From Giardia intestinalis (lineage: Eukaryota): DNA of 64,000 nucleotides. The stretch lies in NCBI GenBank assembly GCA_000002435.2, contig CM018793.1, one strand, 5' to 3'. The notes beneath the pieces are model-generated. The model was given only the letters and a program-made list of their open reading frames with translations, made no database searches and was not told the DNA's origin. The translations under genes were made by a program, and so were the position numbers. Of this stretch, positions 38,501 through 48,800 are shown in pieces. Position 1 is the first letter of the stretch; each line of letters begins with the position of its first letter.

Positions 38501-41500
38501 ATACGGTGTTGCTCAAAACAGAGTGCTTTGGGACTCTACGCTTGCTTTTAAGAGAGCGTCACCAACCAGGCAGCTCAGTGTTGATCATGCTGTTTCCGGG
38601 CCACAACTGGATAGCAGCGCTCTCAGCTTTCTTAGAACTGAGGTGCTTACTAGCAGCATAGGGAACGGACATCCCCTAAAGCATGGGAAGACCCTGGCAA
38701 CCCCTTACATACATACGTTCTTCAACAGTATGCGCTGGAAAGGTATCGACTACAGGCAAGCGATCGCAGAGATGTCTAAGGCAGACCTATATTCCGCAGA
38801 AGTTGCAGGTATGTTCGCAAAGTTATACAAGATCGAGCGTTTGGAGACTGAAAAGCACCTTAAGGACCTGTACGATGTGGCAAATCGCACAGGAAATGCC
38901 AAGCTTTACGGTCTCTGCATAAACGTCATGCTCTTTAGGCCATACCTGAAGAAGAATCCTTTTAAAAGCGTACTAGCTGGTGTCAATAGTCTTGTAGATG
39001 ATGACACCTCGACAGGGTCTAATAGCGTTACTAGTGCCCTGTCTCCCCGACAGCCAGTTGATGATACCACTGCCAAAGACTTGTCTGATATTTTCACCTG
39101 TTCGTCTGCGGCATCGCTTCTACTGAAGCTACAGGAAAAGCGCAAAAGAGAGCAACAGGAGAGAAAGCGCAAGCGTGCTTTAGAAACTAATACGAAGGCT
39201 CTGATGTTTGAGTTAAAAGCCGGAACTGCAGTTGACATATCGAATATATCTATCCCATTTGATATGCGCTTCGATTACAAGGACTTACGTCCAGGAAGAT
39301 GCTACTTTTGCGCCGGGGTTTTCATTGAAATCCCGTTCTTACCTCCTTATAAGTTCGAAAAAGATAACGATTTGGAGGAAGAGCTCAAAGGGCTTGTTGA
39401 TAAACAACTGGGTGTCTGCAAGGAATCAGCAAACGCCTATGCACGCGGGCCCGATGGCGAGCTTACTGACCTTGAAGAGTTGATCAAGCGGGCAAGTAAG
39501 ATCAGTAATGAAGATGTCACTCTTTTTGACATGAAATTTCTCTACACAATGTACCCTGTTTTATATACAAATCTTACAGAGCTTCTATTAAGCAAACGAA
39601 TCAAAAGAATGGACGTTAATTCAGATATCTCTGACATTTCCAAGCTTATCACCAACTTCACCGTCGAAGAGCACTCTCTAAAATTGGATCCTCACGCTCA
39701 GGAGCAGGAGTGGAAGTCCGCTATGTCAGACTCGTTTTGCTCACTATCTGCATCAGAACTCGAAGGCTATGCAAGCAGTATAGATCACGTCGCAACCGAA
39801 GTTATCGCTAAGGTCACTGATTTGGATATATACTTAAACACATCGGTAGTCAGAGGATTAGACCAACCGGAGAGCCCTCTAAGATCAGCGCCCTTTTTAC
39901 AGCAAACAGGCCAGCCAGACTCGTTCGGTAATAGCCCTGTACCAATAGACAAGAGCAACGCCCAGCCAACGCCACCACTTACCCCATTAGCAGATTCGGG
40001 GATAAACATTGCTGAGCTCAGTCCGGACAATCGAGTGCTACCTACTAGCTACAAGACTATCATGAATCTTCAAACGGACTACGTATTTGAAACAAACTAT
40101 AAGTACTATGAGCACATAGTCATGCAATCCACACTCAATGATAGGGTTTATAGGTTCGGATTGATGCCAATAAAGGCGGTCATGCGGGACATTTTGTTTG
40201 AGTGTCTGGCCTCCTTGCCACCATTTGCGCGATTTATTGCAAAGAAGCTAGTTGAAAACGGAAATATCTTTCGTCCAGAGGAGCTCCAGATGTTGCCATT
40301 TGTCTTGTTGCAGGCTCAGTTGCTTTACAGGCCAGCCAGAGATTTACTTATATACTTGCGTCATGCCATGAAGAAGATACATTTACTAGAAGTGCAGAAG
40401 ACTCAGAGGAAAGCAGTGGAAGAAGAAAATTTTATCCGTGCTTCCTTCAAGGATGATGCGCTGCAGAGTGATCAAGAATCTGTCACAGGCGATCGTCCGT
40501 CAGGGTCCAATGCTTCGTGGAGAGAACTAATGTATAGACCATGTTCTCAGCTTCTGGACTTCGATGGATCTTGGGGGGACAAGGAGTCAGATGTTAATAG
40601 CAACAAGCGTCTTTTTAACTACTGTGTCCTTCTCCTTTATCATACTCGTTTGGCTGCAGGAAGAACTCGTCAACTGATGATATGGAAGCTTCGGCAGATC
40701 GCAAAGCGTGACAAGGGCGGTTTTCAAAAAGGGGACGCTTTTGCTGAGGTGGCATCTAAATATAATAACATTGCAACGAGCACAGCTGCACACAACAACC
40801 TTATAGAGGCTGCACGTTTTTCAACGTTCTACGAGAACACACTGAGCGACTTCAGCGGCATTGTTGCCATGGGCCGACGAGCATCTCCAGTGGTCATTTA
40901 CTTGCGTAGGCTAAACGACCAGTTCGTTTGTCTGTACGAAGATTTCTGTCTGAAAAGTAGCACAGCAGATGACTATGTAGCTAATATGAGATTTCTTGTT
41001 TTAGAAGACATGAGGCGTGAAGCACAAATACATGCCTACGCAGTTCTACGTATTTATGGCTACAAATATATAGACGATGCTCTGCTAGGAATTAAGTCCA
41101 GCAGCCTTCTGCTTGTCTATCCGCTCTCGCTAATTATCAACATACACACGTTATATACACTGAGTTCTAACTTGATTGCACATGTAATGCATAGCAAAGC
41201 CCAAGCCTTCGGTGATTCTCCCACTCAAATAGATTGCAACACGGACACGGAAAGTTTAAGTACAAGGGATCTTTCATCGCATAGTAGCGTTAAAAGTGTT
41301 TACAATTTCACTGCTCTTCTATTTATGATGTTTATAAAGCACCACGTCAATAGGATACGCTCGGGATACAGCTTTCTTATCCATGTAGCTGCTATGCTTT
41401 ATCAGAACGTCACAGAGACGCATCTAGCACATTGCTTCTACAACTTGGTGCTCTTTGAGCTGAAGTTGCGCATGGACAATTCCTATGTCGTGGACTGGCC

Positions 41501-42830
41501 CCGCTTGACAGTGCTGTTGGGTTCGTTTAACACTGAGATGCTTGCAGAATGGCTAGAAATTACATTCAAGAACGTTTACATGACGACCAGAAACGCAGCA
41601 AAGAAGGATGTCATTAGTTATCTGCAGAAGCAGCAAACAATGATTTCAGCATTGGTTTCTTTCGTTGCACATGACGAGCATACAATCTGTTTTAGCAATG
41701 CCTCTATATCCGCAAAAGGAGAGCTCAGCACACAAGCAGACCCAGAGGAAGATCACCCGGCACCACCCAACGCAGCAAACACTGAAGCCCACACAGAGGC
41801 AGGAATAGACGTGCCACTCGGGCTTATAGAAGGTATGCGTCAAATATCATCTCCAGCACGCCATGAAAGGCTTACGAAGGCCACCGATGAGCTCCTGAAA
41901 ATAGATAGGGACCAGTTTGTCACCGATGATATGATAGAAAGGGTACAGCAGCGAGGAAGCTTTGCCACAAACATGCAGAGGGATAACGTAGACGCAATGC
42001 GAGCAGAATTAGACTTTCGAATGAATGAGCTCAAGGTCATCCTGGACAATCAAGAGCCGAGTTCCAATGCTGCCGACTACGAGATTACAGAGGTGCGTGA
42101 CGAAAGGCAGGCAGACGAAATGGGCGAGCAGTTCATTGAGTATGCTGTATCTAAACAGCTCACTGAGAAGCTTCGCGTTATAAGGAGAAATCTATCTCCA
42201 ACTAGTTTCCGGACAGATGAAAGCATGGATCTCGTCACTCCAATGCGTGAGCTTAGAGAACAATGCATAAAGATAGAGTCTATAAAAAGACAGCATGAAC
42301 TGAATGAGATGTTGCGACTTTCGTCCACTGAGTCGCCAGAGGTCAAGAGTACTTTGTCATCAATTATCAAGAACGCAGAAGAGACAACACACAAATTAGC
42401 ACAGAATGTCAACGACATTAGAATACGTGGATCATCGATGTCCGCATGGCGAAATCAAATCAGGCACATGATACAGGAGGGTTCAAAGCACTTGGGCACA
42501 AGGCATTCTCCAGACAACAAGATAACAGGAGCTGACTCCGGCCCCTATCTCAAGGGGGACACCTGTATACGAAGTGCCGATTACGTACTGACTTCTGATA
42601 TACAACTACCCTCTAGGATACAAGGAACTGTGAGAAGAATTTTGACCCCTCAACCAGGAAAGATTGGAGGCTCTGCACTTGTAAAACAGCCCCCAGCCAG
42701 TACAGTTCCACGGCGCCCGTACTCCATCCTAGGCCACATACAAGGCAGTCCTGAGATGAATACAGAGGTGAGAACATGCTCTCCTCCTCCGCCGGGATCA
42801 ACAATATTCAGTAGTGATCTGTATGAGTAG
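32577..42830 (+). CDS. Giant hypothetical protein (3417 aa; the true start is probably ATG at ~32607)
   Basis: One >10-kb uninterrupted frame. The track start is GTG, and the first ATG (MNAHNMV) is 10 codons in. The N-terminal ~330 aa are hydrophobic/beta-rich (possible propeller). There are long S/T/P-rich presumably disordered stretches, a basic cluster (KRKREQQERKRKR, near 39.15 kb) and helical/coiled segments near the C-terminus. I saw no nucleotide-binding or catalytic motifs. Confidence 0.7.
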   Translation: MFDQVHLEHIMNAHNMVLCSNMVKDAPLDRSNIRQGEFSPAFSSLLPAPILFHRVHSNCLTCFLSNGELYKLFRDDSGRIEAELVFRLPLSNALLTAGCFAHGSKNIIIVCSILQSSLDSTRFPVSFDSQISVYYHQKKQYSVPLPGSVIKECIPGDGYIMLLGHEGEVFFYTCTGDSLTLIRKFSSSHDLAVKLLIHCGKLFAQSSFNVVCRLLMLNVAITPLAFTSSSHLFLLYQNGALLALHGLSITLYALLQPHQLGKALTFSAFCSDKQSTPSKTSSIVRPTTISLASGYLFVGFANGFLSVYALEKIKDDMSQGKLATQPIVSFNTLELYKSIHSISTTVHTSDDQTLHKGVSALHPVYLWDTTTCQPRLESQQDDDDHTTIYLTELSNQAMSSTMQDVPSPFSHLNLYLLVTISNSADVFLLRVFPQNELKLVLTYERPAQLQMLAVSITQILFLTNSGFTQAIYVQLSNGSIFRLLLPAHVFLYSALSPPPPKAPHSPDKLKEHNTSCNDNSVADIVSDLLDKPLSTGMQPSRHPLISSTKNLEKMVVNSSIIIANLFPYGQYYSDNSMTAVSADKLHSADPFITKQRNATLLNALLTDTQLRPPATSVSRSGQATRSLPPSHTGPSGPCFTNLFAQNSPLVAQATKSNNSALKSLERHATLKIAKAIPNEKVYHQVILNPMTPVRSRFVLNFLPTGNPVLRLLDGTISKPKPILAQVNALFGGADVQSQIPTKHSNHAQAELTSIAPQLSTSKPTRPRPPSPPQLHRSHLLNIELPMPSFSAEGIKSKQHHLSASPFTSTRKATNNSIAEHVLPLRDNIALGARILPIRGKSESSLDELFLSHLESRDLSTECTAVDRCYTPFGPVESLSVYRHSDFCKKNGDLRLIYPHKRLTHGSEDSFSCTLNFSIQSEDALQERSRTSQSKSIWTGSVRSKYKYKAASGQFLANSHLHASALNVAPAKIYSHSDNLRKRWHSKHFTTKRHYSHGFSTSKASHHGRNRPANAVSFFVVNLNDLFANSIAKQILKINVTSTSTIIPQPSAQTLAAKLPKKIGIEDTSRILDEHMGYEVLSHDEEKQPNLGGDRRLLTSKSGLWDSSTIVRNPDNGVDSSKLCDSRYLPPDPIIPSALVTDQVEVLNNQIITDPRELCTDSSLSEIPPKIGLPMQSVQDHTLPREQHNQADMVPASSQLHDPCVLVDEGGQLVIFSTPISPILSDIIKDCTLRPVLDGLEDLSQDSVEEPLALKLPGVFRHNFFGSQEDAELGISLDLFPHNKMRISHNKYDLLSICTYRGPLPQIDDDTKRFLEVMEQRSRFHLDTSDPGNSLTLTGSYISAQQSVLKNLGLYRQTISTMSAQLQRANLKKDRMQQLYREIIRRILNNIDRLCEQDCIKKVTLGKDKYYSLRKQCVIEYSGSDAESFSQDSDSETDGLRKCHDNSKNPFAEESILRLQDDSSVNLEERQVYQEIPEEALTGDPSILTLDQLNTSLSKEDSSSQNCQANNSFLMNATPINEPSISNIDAKSSQSPKHYDIIADHSSDPFKDSSNQNPILPAEDSRPSSPEVHVFERYEHAGEPSQRYVIHRDRTKVLFDIYAEDQEYSDTDPIYTEDNPKYVPLMLTTEQYRTLFHLDADLSRRLRRLDVSDAPSLYANTIDHRVDPQLWFMKTGYIFSPLEDSDPPAKEQSVAQRNALSFQRVRTHLTLGDIAEHHTYEDMVSLLTTALPDGENSEEARIPEETPEDLDLDIFEESVSALAYEDLTPDQKLRYLLNEPYVDATHLYLSKTLDELGYFMQKRNRDRQRRTIYAEESIFDLMANGLGFTKPRMPDNYMLDDHTRKHRVDQAYGKLLSFASTPHSGCLSGFGRAERADLTAANQFYCSASIKQASKAPSDVEPDILVRDYKRSHYYHNPLINLLQCYYLVRNYAALNVYFSRHLVLTDKIYTRPKSAPLWLGKKRKEQSILDLWEETYGVAQNRVLWDSTLAFKRASPTRQLSVDHAVSGPQLDSSALSFLRTEVLTSSIGNGHPLKHGKTLATPYIHTFFNSMRWKGIDYRQAIAEMSKADLYSAEVAGMFAKLYKIERLETEKHLKDLYDVANRTGNAKLYGLCINVMLFRPYLKKNPFKSVLAGVNSLVDDDTSTGSNSVTSALSPRQPVDDTTAKDLSDIFTCSSAASLLLKLQEKRKREQQERKRKRALETNTKALMFELKAGTAVDISNISIPFDMRFDYKDLRPGRCYFCAGVFIEIPFLPPYKFEKDNDLEEELKGLVDKQLGVCKESANAYARGPDGELTDLEELIKRASKISNEDVTLFDMKFLYTMYPVLYTNLTELLLSKRIKRMDVNSDISDISKLITNFTVEEHSLKLDPHAQEQEWKSAMSDSFCSLSASELEGYASSIDHVATEVIAKVTDLDIYLNTSVVRGLDQPESPLRSAPFLQQTGQPDSFGNSPVPIDKSNAQPTPPLTPLADSGINIAELSPDNRVLPTSYKTIMNLQTDYVFETNYKYYEHIVMQSTLNDRVYRFGLMPIKAVMRDILFECLASLPPFARFIAKKLVENGNIFRPEELQMLPFVLLQAQLLYRPARDLLIYLRHAMKKIHLLEVQKTQRKAVEEENFIRASFKDDALQSDQESVTGDRPSGSNASWRELMYRPCSQLLDFDGSWGDKESDVNSNKRLFNYCVLLLYHTRLAAGRTRQLMIWKLRQIAKRDKGGFQKGDAFAEVASKYNNIATSTAAHNNLIEAARFSTFYENTLSDFSGIVAMGRRASPVVIYLRRLNDQFVCLYEDFCLKSSTADDYVANMRFLVLEDMRREAQIHAYAVLRIYGYKYIDDALLGIKSSSLLLVYPLSLIINIHTLYTLSSNLIAHVMHSKAQAFGDSPTQIDCNTDTESLSTRDLSSHSSVKSVYNFTALLFMMFIKHHVNRIRSGYSFLIHVAAMLYQNVTETHLAHCFYNLVLFELKLRMDNSYVVDWPRLTVLLGSFNTEMLAEWLEITFKNVYMTTRNAAKKDVISYLQKQQTMISALVSFVAHDEHTICFSNASISAKGELSTQADPEEDHPAPPNAANTEAHTEAGIDVPLGLIEGMRQISSPARHERLTKATDELLKIDRDQFVTDDMIERVQQRGSFATNMQRDNVDAMRAELDFRMNELKVILDNQEPSSNAADYEITEVRDERQADEMGEQFIEYAVSKQLTEKLRVIRRNLSPTSFRTDESMDLVTPMRELREQCIKIESIKRQHELNEMLRLSSTESPEVKSTLSSIIKNAEETTHKLAQNVNDIRIRGSSMSAWRNQIRHMIQEGSKHLGTRHSPDNKITGADSGPYLKGDTCIRSADYVLTSDIQLPSRIQGTVRRILTPQPGKIGGSALVKQPPASTVPRRPYSILGHIQGSPEMNTEVRTCSPPPPGSTIFSSDLYE

Positions 42831-42844
42831 TACTTATAGGCCTC

Positions 42845-45800
42845 TCATTGCGAAGCATATGTAACTACCGAATTAAAGAGGAGCGTTTCTTCACATCCTC
42901 GAAGCAGCTTTGTACACATGTTCGTGAGATCAACTGGCTCGACAGACACCTGTGTCTCCTGAGCCCCCGCTGCAGGCTTCTTTGCTCCTTGTGGCTTCTT
43001 CTCCTGTGCTGTAGGGGGCTTATTTTTCTTTAGACTTTCATCAATCCTTTGCTTTAAGTGGTCCAAGAGATACAACGTAGTTATAGATGCAATAGTAGTA
43101 GGCGAGAATGGAATCTCGTTCATAACTATAATCCTGGGCCCGGAGGAGAGGAGAGATAGTCGCACTCCAAAGTCTGAATCTATAAATTGCAGGCTTGGCG
43201 ACCGAAGCAGCTCGCGCTTAGATCGCATGTTACTGAACTCAAACTCGGAATGTAGGATAGCGATCTTTTTAACAGCAGCAAGTGTCTTTGGTTTAGCAAT
43301 TACTAGCGACGGTTTGAGGAGTAGACGTGGAGCGGCGAACGAACATATGAATGCTAGGCTATCCTCGTTCAGATACTGCATTATCTCATATGGCACGCTC
43401 GTCAGCGGATTGCCGTGATTAAATACACCTCTAAGGAATGGAATCAGATCTGCGAATGCGAGATTCAGCCCACTCGACAATGCAAAGGAAAGGTCGTCGT
43501 GTACATCGATGCTTGCATTGCCCTTATGACACTCTGACGCAAGAATTTCTGGCTCTATCAGCGTCTCCCTATCCTTAAGCCGTGGAACAATCACACGAAT
43601 ACGTCCAAGATCAGAAAATACAATGTTTAAAAGCACCGCATATGGCAAGCAACACATAGAGTAGTCAGATAATATAAGTGTCAGGGAATGAAGCTCTTTG
43701 TCATCTGCAGACTCTGATGTGGAACCTTCATTAAAAGCACAATTGGCTGTTATTTCCTGTGGCAGCGCACTTCTAAGGTTATCACATAGTGATGTAATTA
43801 TCTCGTGGAGAAGATCGCTGGCCTTTTTCAGGTGAGAAGGAATAAATCCATACAACTCTGCTGTACTAACTAACTTGGCTGACGCTATCGTCTTTGGCGA
43901 CATGGCGGATCTTTGAGAGGTTGCGGAAGATAATGGTCGTATGGTCCTCGAGTTAGACTCCATGGGTGCAGAGTCAGTATCGTTTAATACTTTAGTGTTA
44001 GCTACCTCCGACTGTCCTAGCGCAGAACTAGCACGCGAGCGCGCCGATTTGCGTTTGTAATACAGTCGTGACATACCCTTCCTGATTGACTTTAGATAAG
44101 TGAAGAGATTCTTCAGGATGATTGTTTCTCGATCTGGATCCAGTTCTGCCTCCATCCTGCTCAAAACTGTCTGAAGTTGATTGATGACTGCTGCTGGTAC
44201 GTAGTTCCAGTAGGAAGCCATGAGTCTTCGTGCACAACTATACCAGTCTGTGTAGCGTAGTGATGCTTTTGCAACCTCATCACTAAATGAAGAAGACTCC
44301 GATGTTTCTATAGGCCGGATGGTAACAACGTCCTTTTGAATATAGCATATAATTGTCCACTTTACCATGGGATTTAGTTGAAGATAGATGTCGCTGCCAA
44401 TACTGGCACTAGTGGTGATAATCCTAGACTTTTCTGATATGCCCGGGAGGGCTGATTCGATAGCGGTTAAAAGATCATGCTGTAGCTTAAGATAACGGGC
44501 ATCTAAGCTTGTTATTATTGCCGCTACAGGATCCTGGAATAGTGCTGCAAAAATGTGGGCCCTATCCGGCGAAATAGTTAAGAAATCCGGAGACATGTCT
44601 AGAGAACCATCGGGCAAAAGGATTGATGGTGCTACCTGCTGAGTCTTTCCCTTTGAGTCCTTTCCAGACCCTTGTACCGGTGCTGTGGGCGGTCGTTTGT
44701 GAGTGAAAACATACTCGCCGTGGATCCTGAGAAGGTCGTCGTAATGAGGGTCAAAAAGAGTTAGTGACTGCAAGTCCTGAGCTGAAGATGCGGATACTAT
44801 AATTGGACTGGATGTATGTGCACCTATCAGTAGTTTGTGCCCTATAATCGCCCCACTACTCCATACTATATTTGACAATAGATTTGTGGGTCCTACAAAC
44901 TTCTGTGACTGCATGTAGACGATCTGCGAAAGCATCTGCGATTGCACTTCGGTTAGGATACTCGCCCGTGTAAGATAGAGACAACTGTCAGACAACGACG
45001 GGGAGGTTACTGCTCTGCTAAGGCGGCTGCATATCAAATGGTCAAGAACCTCTAGCACAAAGGGAGCGTGGCTATACGAGGCAGAGATAGAAAGCAACGT
45101 CTGAAGAGAGTCATAAAAAAGCATTAATAAACGAAATTCTCTGGTTGAAAATACCAAATCTATCAGACTAGATGTATTATCAGAGTTGGAAGATTGCTGT
45201 GTCTTCTTTTGCGACGTGGATGCACCCTTTTCAGCTGACCCTACAGCTGCGTCGTCCTTCCGAAGAGAAGAGCTATCTAAAATCTCCTGGACAAAGCTAG
45301 GAATGGAACTGTCTGCCTTCGCAAGGCCATTCAGCAGATCAATATATTTTTGAACAGATTCATCGTGACCATTCATAGCAGAATGCAAGTCCAAGGAACT
45401 CAATAGCGCAATACAGATCAGACGGATTGAATAATGTAACGGATTGGGGGGAGGATACACAACGCTCAGGGAAACATCACGCTCTTGGTCATCCGTACTT
45501 GTACATCTCGATGATATAAATTCCCCGATGTTAATCTCATCTAGCAAGCAGACACCTATCTGTGCAGTGACACGCAGAAATTCTTTAAATCCTTGTCTAT
45601 ATAGTCCTGTGAGTGTCGACAGCGCAAAGATAGCTTGTGGAAGACTGTGGACACCGTACGCCGGGGGGAGCGAATCGCCCTTCTTGTCGACAGCCGCGCC
45701 CGACTTTTTGTCAACATTATTTAGATCTGCAAGGAGACCAGGTAGAGCCTCAGTAAACAGCGGTGCTTCCTTACCATAGCGTGCAACAATTGTATCTACA

Positions 45801-48800
45801 AAGGGTATAATGCCTATCTGTGTCTGCTGAAAAGGACCACGAGTCAGAAACAACCTTAGGAGCTGAACAGTGAAATCGGCTGCGTCATTTATCGCAGACC
45901 CTAAATCGGATGTTGCTTTCTTTTTGATGCTGTCGTTACAGGAAGAGTATGCAGGTATCTCGTCCAGGTTTAGGCCAGTAAAGTCTAGCTTACAAAAGCC
46001 AGATGCCAGAAGAGCCTTATTGGATGCAAAAAGCAACGACGGGAGATGAACGCAGAAGCTAGTGGGGTTTCTACAATATTCAACCACACTCATCGAGGTG
46101 GGATCAAACACAAATGAAGACGTCGTTTCTGTTAGCCATCGCGCAACAACATGGTTGGTCACGAGCTTGCTTCCTAAGACAATGTCTTGGATTTGCTCTG
46201 GGATTGTCTCCACAATGAACGCCAAGCGCTCCAAAATGATTGCCTTCAGCAACTCTAATTGCCGTCGTAAAGGACACTCCTTCAGATGAGGGCTACCAAG
46301 AACAAACGAGGGGCCTGTAAGCTTCAGAAGAATGAGGGCAGCCAACTCAAGCCGCTTTCCAGCCATTCCAGCAAGAGACACGTGTACCTTATCCAGGGTG
46401 GTATCGGCAAGAAATTCCATCAGCGAAATGTGTGGTGCCGTCAATAATGCAGCGATTATAAGAATAGAAAGTCGTGCTATTCTTGACTGCTCTACAGGGT
46501 GATCGGATAGATGACCCAAAGCATCCTCCACGAAAGCAATACACTCTATCAGAGAACTGTGGTAGTTGTGAAGCTGACCACTGGTGGGAAGCAGCACTCG
46601 GCTGGGCCTAAGAAACAGAAGAGAGTACTTAGTATAATCAGAGAAGATGTACCCCATGCTCGTGCCCAAAGCCCCTGCTTGCAATAGCTGGATGCTCAAG
46701 GTGCCAATAAAGGCGCCTGCATCGAGAACATCCGGGGGAATCCCTCCTTCGACAACAAGCTTTTCGGAGGTACTAGTTAGGTTGTCGTGCTCGCTGAAGA
46801 AGTGGGCCGCATACTGATTTTCTCGCCAGTAGGCATGGTCGCCATAAACCGCTACCACGTTAGATGCGTGGAGACACTCTAAAATTGTGGATTGAAGCGT
46901 TCTGACCCTCTGAATGACAAGTGAGTCGAAAAGATAACAGCCTGCTCCAACCGCCGTGTAGTCAGAAAGAAATCGCGCACGCTTTTCTCCAAGTTGCCTT
47001 TCTTCTAGGAGAGGTGAACATGGTTTTAGGCTACGCACAGTCGCTAAATGCTTACTCCGAAAGTTGTCTTGTTGTGAAGAGAACCGCTTTGTATGTGAAA
47101 GAAGACGCCAAAGAAAAGCCTGAAAAGACTCCATGTCCGCGCGTGCAAGTAACCGCACCGCAGTGGTGAGGCGCAGATAAATGTCCATCAAGGGGAGGCT
47201 GAGATAGAAAGAGGTGTGGCTTTCATTCTCAGAATCTACTGACAAATGAGGCACATAACTATGAAGGGGACTTTCAAGAGATCGGCTTCTCTTAGTCAAC
47301 TCAGTTGAAACTCTCTCAGTTATGTGTGCAAGCGCTATCCGATAAGTTCTTTCATCCATAAGGAGATCGAGGGCATAGATGGTACATTGCGCTGCCGTTA
47401 CCCGGGATTGGAAGAACTCAATAATTCCTTCTAGAAGAAGACGAGGAGCATGACAGAGCGTGATATATGATGTAAGCTCCTCTTGAAGCGGCTGCAAAGG
47501 TGCTTGTTCACCATTAGTAGATGCCTTTCCACCACACAGCTTATGAAGTGCGTGCTCAAATAACGATACATTCAGATCCTCGGTCCCTATAGGTGTTTCA
47601 TTAAGGATATAACTTCCAACGGAGATGGAGCCCCAAAGGGTTGAGTTGATAGCATATACTAATATCTTTGACTGTATGTGCCTAAGTATCAAGGATCCAG
47701 AGCCGCATCTAGATGACTCTATGGCAAACTTCTCAAAATCTGTAAACAGATTGTTACTGATAACAAACTTATCTAGCTGGGCTGCCAGCAAAGACCACAG
47801 CTGCTCAGTTTCGTAATCTCGTAACCATGCAATGACAAGTTGCAAAGCTACAATCGCTGTGGCAAGGGAGTACCATGTCAATGTGGCGAGATAGGCGCGA
47901 ATCGTTCCTACCAAAGCTACGCCATACATCACCACAATGGAGCCATAGGAGCAGCTCGATAATTGAGAAGTGTTATCAAGAAAGGTATGTTGTCGAAGAA
48001 CCACCATTTCCACATAATCAGAAAGAACAAGTACGCACGTATCAGCATGCGATGGGCCAACCATCGATATCGGCGTGGACAGACGCTGAAACAACTCCTG
48101 CTCCCCCAACACCGTAGATCCTAGTTCAACTTGAGTATTCAACCCTTTTAATAGCTCAAAAAGATACTGCTCTGTATAGGTAGATGGATCGTTTGTATTC
48201 AGCATAGACTCTGTCGACTGCCAACCAGCAGAAATCGCTTGCTTAGTCATAAGTCTGTGATACAGGTACATCACCTGGAGATCCTCATCAGATGGTGGTG
48301 TCAACTTTGATTTACGAACGAGATAAGAAAGGGTAAGGGAGACTGTATCTTCGTTGATAGATGGACGCACAATAGTTTGATCCGCATTGTGCTGATCTGT
48401 AGCCTTTGTCTGCTTACTTCCCTGCTTTGTGGCAGTCGCAGTACGAGAGGCTGGCCTGCTAGTAGGTTGAGATACCACAGGTGCACTATCTTCAGTAAAG
48501 AACGGCTTGGATTCCTTGGAAATTAGCTCTAAAAGGTCAGCATCATGCTCTTCTTCCAGGTAAAGACCCAGTTGAATTAGAACGGAATACTTCAATGCAG
48601 AAAATGCTAGTGAAAACTTTCCGCGTATTTGCGTGTCAGAAAGAGCCTCTAAACGAAGAGAAGTAGTTTCCAGAAGAAAGAGGATGTTTTCTGATAAACG
48701 CGTATACTCATTGGTGCGTACTTCTGGCAACGATAGGAGCAGCTTAATTCCTGCAAAGAGAAGCTTCACCAGTTGAACCTCTGGGAGATTGAGGGACACA

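Noticed and set aside
39130-39185. Basic cluster KRKREQQERKRKR in the 3417-aa protein as a functional NLS
   Set aside because: It is plausible but cannot be distinguished from a chance basic patch in a 3400-aa disordered-rich protein. Not reported as a feature.
44625-44660. P-loop-like string GKDSKGKT in the ~3100-aa solenoid ORF (considered a dynein/midasin/AAA giant)
   Set aside because: It lies in a Ser/Lys-rich linker and has no Walker B or second AAA module anywhere in the protein. A chance match. No GPAGTGKT-type dynein P-loops in any of the three giants.
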